Source: Pristiophorus japonicus
Lineage: Eukaryota
Assembly (NCBI RefSeq): GCF_044704955.1
Contig: NC_091985.1
Location: 226,672,001-226,736,000 of the forward strand
Direction of reading: 5' to 3'
DNA: 64,000 nt
Below the pieces are notes generated by a model. That model did no database searches, was not told where the DNA came from, and saw only the letters and a program-made list of their open reading frames with translations. Positions within the stretch are counted from its first letter, which is position 1. The number at the start of each line of letters is the position of its first letter. A program made the position numbers and the translations under genes. Positions 48,999 through 64,000 of the stretch are shown piece by piece.

Positions 48999-49950
48999 AA
49001 CTCCACGCTGTCCTGACAGAACAAACCCCAAACACAACGGCTCTTTTAAGAGCCACTCACAACATCATTGAAAGAGCTGCACAAATACATCACCCTTCAG
49101 ACTGAATTTACTGTAATTATTTCCCGAACAAGTGTTGTGTATGAGAACCTTTGCAATTCCAGCTGTAGATTTAGTTTTGAATTTTCATAAGCAGCTTCAC
49201 TGACCGGCTCGACCTTGGCGTCGCTGGAATTAACTGCAGTGAGTAAGCTACAAACACGGTCCCTGGTCGCTTTCCCTTTGCTCTCAAACCCGTTCATTCA
49301 CAGTGCTTGCCGACGAATTTATTTTGGGGTGCGGGGAAACTCCGATTTCAGTCACAGTCTCACTCAAGCCCTTTTCACGTTTTGTTTTTATTCCGTTACG
49401 GCTCAGTCCGTTTATTAACCCGAGACTCCCCGCAGTGTAACAACCCAGAATGGGAGTTCTTAGAGACTAGAACAGGGATAGTTTGAACACACTGTCCCTC
49501 TTCTCTTTTTACAGAAGGGCTCTCAGTTCTGGTCTTACTCGCACAGCAGTTCCTGTGAAAAGAAGTTCACTTTTACAAAGATGGAGCTGGAATGTTTTAC
49601 GTTACAGAATCGGGCGGGACTCAATCAGTTACAGACAGTTTGAAAGTGAAGCCGAATTTAATCCTGATTGTAACAGGCTGCAATTTGCAAGGGAAATATG
49701 GAATAAGACAACAGAAAACAAAAAGTGTTTTGAAGTATTTGGCTAATGGTAATTCACAATTTTAACAATTATTGGCGGGATTTTTGATTTAAAAAATCGT
49801 TGAGTTCTGACTGTTGAGAACCAGTAATTTCAGCCCTGCTTTTATTGGTGGACTAAATAGGCTGTGATTGATCATCGGAAACGACCAATGAAATTCACTA
49901 AAGAGTGACCAATCACAAGTTCGCTCCCTGCATCCCTCCAGAATGTATAA

Positions 49951-50394
<444 letters not shown>

Positions 50395-50802
50395 AACGGA
50401 CAAGATTTAAACTAATAACCCAAAGGCTCTTTTCAGAGCCACTCACAGTATGTGTGAAAGGGCTGCTTACTGTCTTAATTGAGACCTTGAGTTTATGTAC
50501 CGATAAATTGGCCTATTTCAGACCTGTATGCGGGAGTTTTCAGTTCCTGGTATCTGCATTACGGGTCTCTGCTCACACAAACTGTTCTAGTTAGCAGCGA
50601 ATAATTAAACTACAATTGTCAGAGACTCAAATTGTATAAATGCCGCAACCGGTTCCCTAAATATTATTCAGTTATTAAAAGGGCCAAGTTTAATTCTGGT
50701 CTGGTTTGAGAGTTTGAATGCTGGATCTGTTCCCGGGAGCACCGGCCGTTCCCGGGCTGTGTATTTCTCTCCTTAGCCGGTCAGTTTAGACCTGCACCGA
50801 GC

Positions 50803-50930
50803 AGCCAAGCGCAAGACGGTCACTGCCATGGAATTGGTGTTCGCTCTGAAACGGCAGGACCGCACTCTTTCTGGATTCAACGCGACCCTCTCCCCCAAGC
50901 ACAAAGCAAAGGCTCTTCGAAGTGCCACCC
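50803..50930 (+). pseudogene. H4: H4 3' remnant with decayed stem-loop
   Basis: gccaagcgcaagacggtcactgccatggaattggtgttcgctctgaaacggcag; ggctcttcgaagtgcc 50911-50926. Confidence 0.85.
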
Positions 50931-51086
50931 ACCGCCTCACAGGGGTGGGTGAGTGGGAGGGAGATATAGTTGATTTACATTTTGTTCTGTATAGATATAT
51001 ATTTTTCGCCAAGGTCTATATGTTTTAAATCAGCATATGCACGATGGATGGAATATCCTTCTAGTTTCAGGATTATAGACATTTAT

Positions 51087-51372
51087 CATCGAAGCTTACA
51101 GCACGGAAGGAGGCCACTTCGGCCCATCGTGCCTGTGCCAGCCAACATAAGGTTATCCAGCCTAATCCCACTTTCCATTCTAGGTCCGTAACCCTGCAGG
51201 TTACGGCATCAAGTGCACATCTAAGTAGTTGTAAATATGGTGATTGTTTCTTCCTCTATCACCCTTTCAGGCAGTGAGTTCCAGACCCCGCCACCCTCTG
51301 CGTGAAGAAATTTCCCCTCTAAATCTTTGACCAAGTGCTTTAAATTTATGCCTCCTGTGCTAAGGGAAATAG
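51087..51372 (-). mobile_element. Short CR1 3' tail
   Basis: Antisense to the 17240-17500-type tail; absent from the paralogous spacer at ~41075. Confidence 0.7.
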
Positions 51373-51900
51373 GCGGTTTACGGCACAGAAGGTACGGCAT
51401 ATTCCAGGTGAAGGTAACACTGAAACAACTAATGTAGTTACAGCAGTGACCGATAAGAAAGGTGTTGAATTAAACGGTGGGAGGAAGGCAGCATCAGGGC
51501 GGAAGGACAGTGAGCGTCTTTTGCCCTCATAGAAGGACTCCCAAGTCCTGACCAGAAGTGACCCTCAGGCAATCTCGGATACAAACCGGTCAATGTCTGT
51601 CGAACATGTAGACATCTAGATCGATAAAGAACAGAGTATGGCTCGGGAGGGGATGTAACTGATGACCTAATTCAAGAATTTGAGATTGTGGCGAGCAGTA
51701 AATCTGATTGGATGTTTACAGAGACCAATCAGAGAAATACAGAACAATGGAAATTGACAACGCAGCCAATGAACCAATCACAATCGTTGTCTTCACCCAT
51801 CCCTCATTAGCATAGGGCTGTGGGCGGGCTCTGGGGCCGTCTATATAATACGAGCCCGGAGCAGAGTTTTCTTCATATGTGTGCCTGACTGAGCAAGACG

Positions 51901-52696
<796 letters not shown>

Positions 52697-53542
52697 ACCC
52701 ACAACCTCTCTGAAAGCGCTGCACAAACGCATCATTCTTTAAACTCAATTTACTGTAGTTATTTCCTGAGCAAGTATATTTGACAAGCTTTAAATTTTCA
52801 GCTGTAGATTTAGATTTGAATTCTCAGATAAGCGGTTTTACTGTCTAGTTCAACCTTAGTTTCGCTGATGAATTTCCCTCCCAGTAAACTACACACACTG
52901 TCCCTGGTCGCCTGCTGACGAAGTATGATCTTGTTTTAGGGGGTGAGACTCAGACTTTAGTCATCTCATTCTCTTTCAAGCCCTATTCAATTAAAAAAAA
53001 ATAATAATTCGGGGTCAACCCGCTTATTAACCCGAGACTCCCGAGTGTAACAACCCGAAATGGAAGTTCTCAGAGTCCAGAACGGGGCAGTTTGAACACG
53101 CTGTCCCTCTTCTCTTTTCACAGAAGGACTCCCAGTTCTGGTCTCACTCCCGCCTGTGCGGAGGATCGATCCATGATCTGTGATTCCCAAATTGTACAAA
53201 GATTGAGCTGGAATGTGTCCCGTTACAGAATGTTTGAAACTGAACCTTGATTTAATCCTGATTGTAACATCCTGGAATTTGCAAAGCAATGTAAAATAAG
53301 ACAAAAGGAATTAAAATTCTGACTAATAATGAATTTATTAATATAATCCGCACTTGTAAAAATTATTGGCGGGCTTTTTGAAATTGAAAATTAGTCAACG
53401 GTCGGACTGGCAACAATAATTTTCGCCCTCTTCTCATTGGCGGGCTAAACAGACGGTGATTGGTCATCAGAAAAGACCAATGAAATGCACCGCTGAGCAA
53501 CCAATCACAGGTTCGCTCCCTGCATCCCTCCAGAATGTATAA

Positions 53543-53986
<444 letters not shown>

Positions 53987-54338
53987 AGTGGACAAGATTT
54001 AATCTAATAACCCAAAGGCTCTTTTCAGAGCCACCCACAGTATTTGTGAAAGGGCTGCTTCGTTGTCTATGTATCATAATGGTCCCAGATGTAACTTAAC
54101 ATTGAATCTCTGCTATCAAGCATTGAATCGTGCAGAATTTTACCCGTTTAATTTGCATACAGGATGGAACCAGAATTACAAGTCTGGTCACTTTAAAATA
54201 TTCCAAATAGTATCACAGCTGTCGCCGCATTAGGAGCTGGGTTTAAAGGCTTCGTTCTCTCCTGAAATCTATCCCAGTATGTGGATAGATTACTTAATAG
54301 ATTCCAACCCAGGTTGGGCAGGTGCAGTGGGTAGACTA

Positions 54339-55178
<840 letters not shown>

Positions 55179-55671
55179 TCAACCAACAGAGATTAAATAA
55201 ACTCTAATTTCCCGCCAGCAATGTAAGAATCCGCTCTTTATAACGACGATTGTGCCCCATTATAAATCACCAATCACACTCTCTGCAACATTCCGGTTTG
55301 AATTCTGTTCCATTGCCTGATCGGTCTGTACCGGGCGGGAATAAATCCCCGGTCACTGCTTCCTGTAAACACAAAGTCCCGCATCAATCCCGCCAGTGCC
55401 GTCCCGTTTAACCGATTCTCACAGAAACCTCACATGACCGGAATTATCTGTGAGGGGAGACTGTAATGTCTGGGTAAAGGGGACTGTGTATCCCGCCCGG
55501 TAATTGTGACTGTCAGCCGGAGTTTCTGATCTCTCATATTTACAATAGTTGTAAAATATTATATCCCATATTCGTACAGCGACTACACTCCAAAAGTACT
55601 TCATGGGTCTTGAGATGTTCGGTGGTCCTGAAAGGCGCTACATAAATCCAAATATTTCTTTCCATTAATTA

Positions 55672-56096
<425 letters not shown>

Positions 56097-56930
56097 GATG
56101 ACGATTTTTCACTTAAACTGCCGCTAATAAGAAGCGAACTGCTCCCGGCTCCTTTTTATAGAGCCAGAGCCGATCTGACTGAGAAAGTGCAGAGTGAGAG
56201 AGGCGGGAAGGGAAGGAGACAGAGTCAAGATTGACAGACAGAGCAGAGAGCGGCCTCTGATCTTCCAGCTCCGCCTCCAGCTTTCTGCAGCCGCCAATTT
56301 AAAACCGTTTCCCGACAATAGAACCGAAACACAGCGCTCCGCACAAACCTCTACAGTCTCGGAATTCATCTTCAAGGCTTCCAGGAACCAGAAGTTTTTA
56401 AATAAGGTCCCGTTACAATTAACAATCGCGAATATTCCCGCCGATATACAGCCCCTTCCCTGTCAATCTCAGACCTTATTCCATCTTCCTACACTTCCTC
56501 TCACAGACGGGTTCAGCAGTTTACAAACACCTTATTCCAGCTGATTTGGAGAATGTGGTGTTTGGGGTTTGAGTTGTGAGGCGGGGTATCTCCGCCAGTA
56601 TCACCGTCTCAGACTCTCCCCCTGAATCTGTGAAATGACAATGACCAGGAACTGAGATTGGAGCCGAACACATCCCCAGTTACAGTGAGGCCCGGGCCGG
56701 ACATCCCATTCTGTGTGTGTTTTATTGCAGACACTGGGGGAGGGGTGAGTGCAGCCAATGTCAGCGAGTCACCAGGGGTCCTGGCTTCATGTTCAATGAT
56801 TTCTGTCTGAAATCTGAGCCCGGCCCCGGGACAGTGATCATTTGATTCGGGGATCAGCTCTTTTCTGAGAGGCGTGGGTGGCTCTGAGAAGAGCCTTTGG
56901 GTTCAGATGTTTACAAGTTGCACTTTTGAT

Positions 56931-57599
56931 TTACTTTTTGGGCGCTGCTTTCTTGGGTTTTGCTGATTTGGCCCTCGGGTTTTCCACCTTTTTGGCCGCC
57001 TTCACCTTTGCGCCTGAGGCCTTCTTGGGCTTCGCCGCCGCCGCCTTCTTCCCAGCCGCCGCTTTCGCTGTCTTTTTTACTGTTGGCGCTTTATTGGTGC
57101 TCGTTTTCTTGGCGGGAGATTTCTTGGCTGCTGGTTTCTTGGCTGGAGATTTCTTGGCTGTTGATTTCTTGGCTGCTGGTTTCTTGGCCGGAGATTTCTT
57201 GGCTGCTGGTTTCTTAGCTGGAGATTTCTTGGCTGCTGGTTTCTTCACCTTCCTTCCCACTTTCCCCTGGTTTTCCTTCTGAGCGACTTTGAAGGAGCCC
57301 GAGGCGCCCGTGCCCTTGGTCTGCACCAGGAAGCCATTTGTCACATTCCTCTTGATGCTGAACCTGATCTGGGACCCGCGCTTCCCCACATCCACGCCTT
57401 TGGCCGCCAGAGCCTTCTTTATCGCGGCCAGGGACATTCCTTTGCGACCGCTGCCATCGGCCACAACCTTGAGGATCTGTTCGCCCAACGTGGGACCGGC
57501 TAGCTTAGAGCGGGGAGCCGCCTTCCTCTTCTTGCTGGGAGCCTTGGTTTGAGTGGCGGCGGCAGGAGGAGCCGTTTCGGCGGCTGCAGTGTCAGTCAT
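56931..57599 (-). CDS. H1: Histone H1, intact (222 aa)
   Basis: MTDTAAAETAPPA...; globular domain GMSLAAIKKAL...LVQTKGTGASGSFK; KKPAAKKSPA repeats; stem-loop 56880-56895. Confidence 0.93.
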   Translation of the reverse strand: MTDTAAAETAPPAAATQTKAPSKKRKAAPRSKLAGPTLGEQILKVVADGSGRKGMSLAAIKKALAAKGVDVGKRGSQIRFSIKRNVTNGFLVQTKGTGASGSFKVAQKENQGKVGRKVKKPAAKKSPAKKPAAKKSPAKKPAAKKSTAKKSPAKKPAAKKSPAKKTSTNKAPTVKKTAKAAAGKKAAAAKPKKASGAKVKAAKKVENPRAKSAKPKKAAPKK

Positions 57600-57669
57600 G
57601 AAGGCGACTCTGTGGAAAATCTCTCTGATAGTCAGAGCTCGGTCAGAAATGAAACGGGGGGCGGCGGCA

Positions 57670-57755
57670 CAGAGCAACTTAAAGGCAGCGAGCGGACGGG
57701 GCGGAGACATCCTGCTGTCAGCTCCCCGCCCCTCCAGCCTCTCTGTGTTTCTCTC
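57670..57755 (-). promoter_or_regulatory. H1 promoter with H1 box
   Basis: AAACACA on minus (tgtgttt 57744-57750), GC box at ~57724, weak TATA tttaag at ~57680. Confidence 0.65.
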
Positions 57756-59477
57756 TCCTCATTAACTGTCCGATTCCAATTCAACCCGGGCCCTCCAGAT
57801 TCCCAGACTGGCCTCTTTCTGTCCCGAACACCGGTATGTTTGTTGTCGAGAAAGTTTCATCCGAATTGAAAGCAGCAATTTGGATTTAAACCCGTTTCAT
57901 TGCTGCACTGATCGCGCTCTCTCACCCGATCGCGGACATTTTCTCTGTTTTTCGATTGAAATTTGAAATCACATCAAACTTGATGTTTAATTCCCACTTT
58001 AGACCTGAGCAGGGCAGCAGGGCGATCCTGTGACAGGGAAATATTTGCATTTTACACAAGAGTGACTCTGGAATCCGGCGATGAGACGGGCACACAAACA
58101 CAGTGACATTAGTCTCACCGGGCCGCCCCTTTAACACACTCTCATCACACAATGTTCACATCTGCACATTCACAGCACAAACTATCCCAGATTTACAGCT
58201 CCCAGCACAGGGTTGCCTCTCCGCTCGGCCTGTGCTGCCGATTCTCGGGGTTAGTTGTAGTTTCCCAGCTCAGTAAGTGTTAAACACTCTGAGACCGGCG
58301 CTCCTCACAGTGTCTGTTCCCCAGATTCAGGGGCAGGAGCCAATCACAGCAGAGGCTGGCTTAACCCATATCTGATGCGAAGTTGTTATATTGTTCGCAC
58401 GCAGATATATGTTTAATTAGTATGAAAATATAAATTATGTGCTCACCGCCCATGCAGCCTCGCTGTGTCTCTCTCTCCTCCTAAACTGAGGGACATTTAA
58501 CTGTAACTGGTGTCCTATCCATCTCATCCTCAACACCCAGAGATGGCTATCAGAGAGAGCGACAGAGACACAGAATCAGTTTTAAACTCCCTATCTGCGC
58601 CTGCTTATTACGCTCTATAATAGTATCACACATTCATGTACAGCATCAGCGGAAAAGAGAGAGAGAGAGACAGGCACAGTATCAGTCTTACACTGTGTAT
58701 CAGTGTCTCCATGTTACGCTCAGTCACAGTGCCACACCGTCATGTATAGCACCAAAGAGAGAATAGAGACAGGATCAGTGTTGTTTTTCCAACAGTGTTT
58801 CCACATCGCGCTAAATAACAGAATCCCGCCTTCACAGACAGTACAAGAGAAAGGGGATAGCAACAGAGAGACAGAGAGAGTGGGCTGAGAGAGACAGGGG
58901 AGTGCGAGACAGGGTGGTGAGACACAGAAACATGCACAGTATCAGTTCCAGACTGACCTGTGAGGTCCGGTTTGATCCTGAAAGATCCCATTGGAGAGAC
59001 AGAAGATGCAGTCCCCTCTCTTACTGATATTGTTCCACAGACAGACACATTATTAATCCCACACTGCGGGACAGTGTCAGAGAGTGAGAGAAACAAGGTC
59101 CCACATTTAACCCTCGCTTGCCTGTTGTACTCTCTGTAATCTTGCAGCTCAGGGCCGTTCGGTATTACTCTCAGTGACCGAGTGTTTCACTCTGATTAAA
59201 TTAAACTGGGACAGTTTCTGTCAGATATTAACTCCTGCATAGTCCCAGCAAACACTCCTACTCCCCCGTCCCGCCGATGTTTCTGCAGGATTGCTTTGTG
59301 AAGACGGGCTCACGAAGAGAAAAACACCCTGCACGGAATGATCGCAAATTGAGCATCTCAAAGGGACAAGGCTCCCAGCTTTGTCCTTGCCCGCAGGCCC
59401 AGTTCCTTTGCTCAGATTCTGATAAAAAGTAAATCGGGAAAAGTTCACTTTGATTTTTAAAGGCTGAATTATTGTAG

Positions 59478-59650
59478 AGTTCTGCGCATGCGCGCTCAAG
59501 CCCCGCCCCCTATGTCGATTTCCAGGAAGCAGAAGAGCGCATGCGCCCTCCCCTCCCCCAGCCCAGCCTGTGAGCGCCATTCAGTCAGTGAGCGGAAGAA
59601 GATGGTTTAAACAGCCGGGAATGGAGACACTGCGGCCTCGGGGTAAGGCA
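59478..59650 (+). promoter_or_regulatory. CpG-rich housekeeping-type promoter / first exon of an unidentified gene
   Basis: Two NRF1-type gcgcatgcgc (59484, 59537), GC box ccccgcccc, ETS-like cggaag, and donors g|gtaagg at ~59643 and ~59862. Confidence 0.55.
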
Positions 59651-60524
59651 GCGAGCAGCAGCCTCCTTACAGCAGCACATCGCTTTGGGAGCGTGTCCGC
59701 AGATGGGCTCAGAGATCAGCACTGAGTCCGGGGGAAGTTCAGGGGGAGTCGGGGTCTGTGTGTAACAGGCGGAGTGGAGCAAGAACTGGTCTGAGTGCGT
59801 GGAGTGAGTGGGGGAAGGGAGAGGCCATTCTCGGGCTGTGTGTGGACAGCGTGTGTCCCGGGTAAGGGAGACAGAATGGGAAGGATCTGCTGTTTACAAT
59901 CATTGCTGCTTTCTCTCTCCAAACCAGTAGTGAACGTTCCTGCTTTAGTCCCAGTCTCACCGTGTTTGTTGTCATTGGACAGCGAGCAGTGGAAGCAGAG
60001 CCGGACACTGAGGATTTATACAAGGAGCATCTATTGCAGGCACCGGGTGAGAAATGTGAAGGACATGTTTTAAACAGCGGCTCTTTGTTTCTGGTTGAAC
60101 GGTTAGTGCCCTGGGAGAGGGGAGCAGCAATCTGAGCTGTGTAAAAGGCCGTGCTCCATCGGGTAGTCCCATTCCTGCAGCAGGGCAGGGGTTGGGTTGT
60201 GTCTGGATGTCAGTAACTTGCTGTAAATCTGCCCAACACACTTGGTGTGCAGAAGCTCAGTACTGCAGTGGAGTCAGACACTGACACTGTTTGTATCGCT
60301 GGCTTCCCTTTGTGAATGTTCATAATGAATATTAAGTGAACGATTACATTCATCACTTTCGTATTTTCTACCTCTCCTGTTCTTGAATGATCAGAAATAT
60401 CTTCTCTTCCTACAGGCAAGGAATTGAAGGAACCGGAACAAATGTGAAGTTTCTTCCACCTGATACATATGGAACAGTGCAACTGGCTCCTTGTAAACAC
60501 AGTAGGTACGGTACCTATCACAGT

Positions 60525-60845
60525 GTCATCATCATAGGCGGTCCCTCGAACGAGGATGACTTGCTTCCGCATGAGTTCACAGATGTTTCAATGAAGGACC
60601 CAATATTCCAGTCCTGAACTCCAATTGAAGGGTGGAAGATGCCTGTGCGTGGATTTTTTTTAACGTGTGGTGACCATTGCATATCAGCCACCACACGGGC
60701 TTGATGGAGCTTGGCCTTTATCCAGTGGCAAGGGTTAACTAGGATGACTGGAGACCTGCTCTGCTGCACGGGCCTAGTGCACACACATATCGCAGTGTGG
60801 GCTGGCCCATGCTGCCCTAGGGCCCTCGACTCTTCTGGGCCTCTA
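60525..60845 (-). mobile_element. Short non-coding element ending in an RTE-type 3' tail
   Basis: gtccctcgaacgaggatgacttgcttcc resembles the RTE end gtccctcggaatcaaggaagacttgctcc at 36261; (atc)n tail; body differs from the RTE. Confidence 0.55.
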
Positions 60846-60889
60846 GTGTGCGGTTACGCAGACAGGTTATCCGAATTAAAGATGTTTGT

Positions 60890-62760
60890 GGTGCTGAATG
60901 GCCTCCTCCTATTCCTGTGCAACAGGCCCGAGGGGGCTGATAGCTACCTCCTGTTCCTAATTTAACATACTGGAGATATTGAGTGGCCTTCTCCTGTTCC
61001 TAGTGTAATAAACACGAGGGTCATAATGGCTTCCTCCTGTTCATATGTAACAAGCTCAAGGGGCAGATTGACCTTCCCCTGTACCTTTGTATCAGGCTAC
61101 AATGGGATAAATGGCCTCCTTTAGTTCTTAATGTAACAGGTTCCAGGGGCTGAATAGCCTCCTCCAGTTCCTATGTAACAAACTCGATGGGTTGAATGCC
61201 CTCCTCCTATTCCCGTGAAACAGTCCCGCGGGGTTGAATGCCCTTGTCCTATTCCTAATGTAATAGACCCGGGGGGCAGAATTGCATCATCCTATTGTTT
61301 TCTAACCCCAGTTGCTGAATGGCCCTCTCCAGTTGCTAATGTAATAGTTTCGAGGAGCTGTATGGCCTCCTCCAGTTCCTATATAACATTCTCCAAGAGT
61401 TGAACGGCCTTCTCCTGCTTCCATGTCACAAGGTCAAAGGGCTGAATGGCCTGCTTGTGATCCTAATTTAACATGCTAATGGGGCTGAATGTCCTCCTCC
61501 AGTTCCTATATAACATGCACGAGGGGCTGAATGTCCTCCTCCAGTTCCTATATAACATGCGCGAGGGGCTGAATGTCTTCCTCTGTAACAGGCTCGAGGG
61601 TCTGAATGAGCATCACCTGTTCCTGGTTAACAGTTCCGAGAGGTGGAATTGGCCTACTCCTGTTCCTATCTAACAGACCCGAGGGACTGAGTGGTCTTCT
61701 CCTGTTCCTAATGTAAAAAGCTCGAGGGGATGAAAAGCGTCCTGCTGTTCCCGTGTCACAGAATCAAAGGCTGAGTGGCCTGCGCGTGTTTCTAATGTTA
61801 GAGACTGAATGGCCTCTTCCTCTTCCCACATAACAGAATGGAAGGGCTGAATGGCATCTTCCTGATCCAATGTAACAGGCTCAAGGGGAAGAATGGCCTC
61901 ATCCTGTTCCTGTCTAACAACTCTAGGCGCTGAACAGCCACCTCCTGTTCCTGTGTAATAAGTTAGATGGGATGAGTGGCCTCCTCCAGTTCCAATATAA
62001 CATGTGCGACTGGATTATTGGCCTCTTCCAGTTCCTATAACATTCTCGGGCGGCTGAATGGCCTCCTCCAGTTCCTACATAACATGCTTGAGGATCTGAA
62101 TGTTCTACTCCAGTTGCAATGTGAAAGACTCGATGTGGCTGAATAGCCTCATCCAGTTCCAAAATAAAAGGCTCCTCTATTCCTGTGTAACAGTATCCAG
62201 TCAATGCATCGCCTCCACCTTTTATAGCAAGGCTGTGGTTCTGAATGCCCCCCTCCTGTTTCTATGCAACAAACTTGAGGGTCTGAATGGCCTCCTATTA
62301 TTCATTTGTAACAGATTCCAGGGGCTGAATGTTGTCCATCTATTCCTGTAAAGCAAACTCCAGGGCTAAAAGGCCCACTCTAGTTCCTAATGTAACAGAG
62401 TTGAAGGGCAGAATGGCTTACTGTTCCTGTGTAACAGGATCCAAGGATTGAATGGGCCTCCTCCAGTTCCAATGTAACAGGCTCGAGGGATTGAATGGCC
62501 TCCCCCTGTTCCTTATGTAACATGCTAGAGGGACTGAATGGCCTCTCCCTGTTCCTTATGTAACAGACTCGAAGGACTGAATGGCCTCCTCCTGTTCCAA
62601 TGTAACAGGCTCTAGGGACTGAATGGCCTCCTCATGTTCCAATGTAACAGGCTCGAGGGACTGAATTGGCCCCCCCCCTGTTCCTTATGTAACAGGCTTG
62701 AAGGGATGATTTGCCTCCAGGTTCCATGTGCTGAAAGGCCTCCTCAAGTTCCCAGATCCA
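60890..62760. repeat. ~43-bp minisatellite derived from the CR1 3' terminus
   Basis: Unit aacaggctcgagggactgaatggcctcctcctgttccaatgt versus the CR1 tail aacaggctcgaggggccaaatggcctactactcttcctat at 656-695. Confidence 0.85.
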
Positions 62761-63089
62761 GGGACTGTTCTTCCCCATTGTTTTGGAAATAGCATCGGGC
62801 AGTAAACAGGAGCTCAATGCTTCTTGCCCACCAGCTCTCTGATCGGGCTCCTCGCGCTGATTATGTTTTCTCATCTCGCTCAAACGTCCCCAAATGTTGC
62901 TTTCTTTTCCATCACCTCTAGGGTTATTAGCCAAGTTTGCATCGAGCACATCGTGATCTCACCAGTAACAGCACTTTCCCGACGGTTATCCACGAGACTG
63001 CTTCTGACATTTTCTTCTGCGTAAATGTTAACCTCCGTAAGTAACTGAAAAGTTTCATTTCTACAGCAACAACAAACACTTGCATTTAT

Positions 63090-63530
63090 GACAGATACAG
63101 AATGAATCCCACTCACTCCCTGTACCACAGACTGTCACATACAGAGTGAATCCCACACTCACTCACTGTACCACTGACTGTCAGATACAGAGTGAATCCC
63201 ACACTCACTCACTGTACCGCTGACTGTCAGATACAGAATAAATCCTACACTCACTGTACCCCTGACTGACAGATACAGAATGAATCCCACACTCACTCAC
63301 TGTACCACAGACTGTCATACAGAATAAATCCCATACTCACTCACTGTACCACTGACTGTCAGATACAGAATAAATCCTACACTCACTGTACCCCTGACTG
63401 TCAGATACAGAATAAATCCCACACTGACTCACTGCACCACAGACTGTCAGATACAGAGTGAATCCCACACTCACTCACTGTCAGATACAGAATGAATTGC
63501 ACACTCACTCACTGTATCCCTGACAGATAT
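63090..63530. repeat. ~41-45-bp satellite variant
   Basis: cagatacagaatgaatcccacactcactcactgtaccactgactgt monomers. Confidence 0.88.
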
Positions 63531-63649
63531 GGTTTATATCATGTACTAATAGCTCATCTCTACTCCAAATATTTCTGAATCTCATTCGTCCAATATAATG
63601 TGAAAAACTATTGTCTGTTGGGGTAGTCTCTGATCTGTAAATTTCATAG

Positions 63650-64000
63650 ATGTAGAATAAAACAACTCGCATATCAGAAACTGACAGGTACAGAGGAAAC
63701 ACACACTCACTTACCCCAGAATATGAGACACAGAATAAAACCCATACTCACATTACCAGAAACTGACAGGTACAGAGGAAAAACACACTCACTTACCCCA
63801 GAATGAGAGATACAGAATGAATCCCACATGCACATTGCACAAACTGACATATACAGGTAAAAATCCACACTCAGATACCACAAACTGACACCCCACACAT
63901 CTACCGCAAACTGACAGGTACAAAAAAAACATAATCACATCCCAGAAATTGACAGGTACATATTAATTCCTACACTCACACAGCAGGAACTGACAAGTAC
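63650..64000. repeat. ~40-bp satellite of the same family as 29790-36245
   Basis: ccagaaactgacaggtacaga...acacactcac monomers run to the window end. Confidence 0.85.

Noticed and set aside
58440-59100. GA/CA-rich stretch with short ORFs
   Set aside because: Low-complexity intergenic sequence without periodicity or recognisable homology.

Overview
Eukaryotic, repeat-rich vertebrate DNA. A cartilaginous fish is inferred from dense CR1 LINEs with esterase ORF1, a Deu-domain SINE and the style of the C2H2 ZNF genes. The window is a decaying replication-dependent histone cluster: one H2B, two H2A and one H1 are intact, and every H3 and H4 copy is damaged. Around them lie nested CR1, Crack/L2-like and RTE LINEs, an internally deleted ERV (tRNA-Leu PBS) inserted in an H4 promoter, a Gypsy element carrying a spliced ZNF retrocopy, a solo LTR, a ~40-bp satellite with five 1171-bp higher-order repeats, and a minisatellite built from the CR1 3' end. 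The most unusual object is a ~340-nt poly(A)-tailed, TSD-flanked insertion in an H2B gene (51925-52278). It is a mosaic of spliceosomal snRNA modules: U2 5' end, U1-like 5' end and stem-loop I, Sm site, duplicated U2 SL III-like hairpin, U2 SL IV and a second U2 SL I. It is a candidate new snRNA-derived SINE or a retrocopy of an undescribed hybrid snRNA. All alignments were done by eye, reference RNA sequences were recalled from memory, and TE boundaries are approximate.
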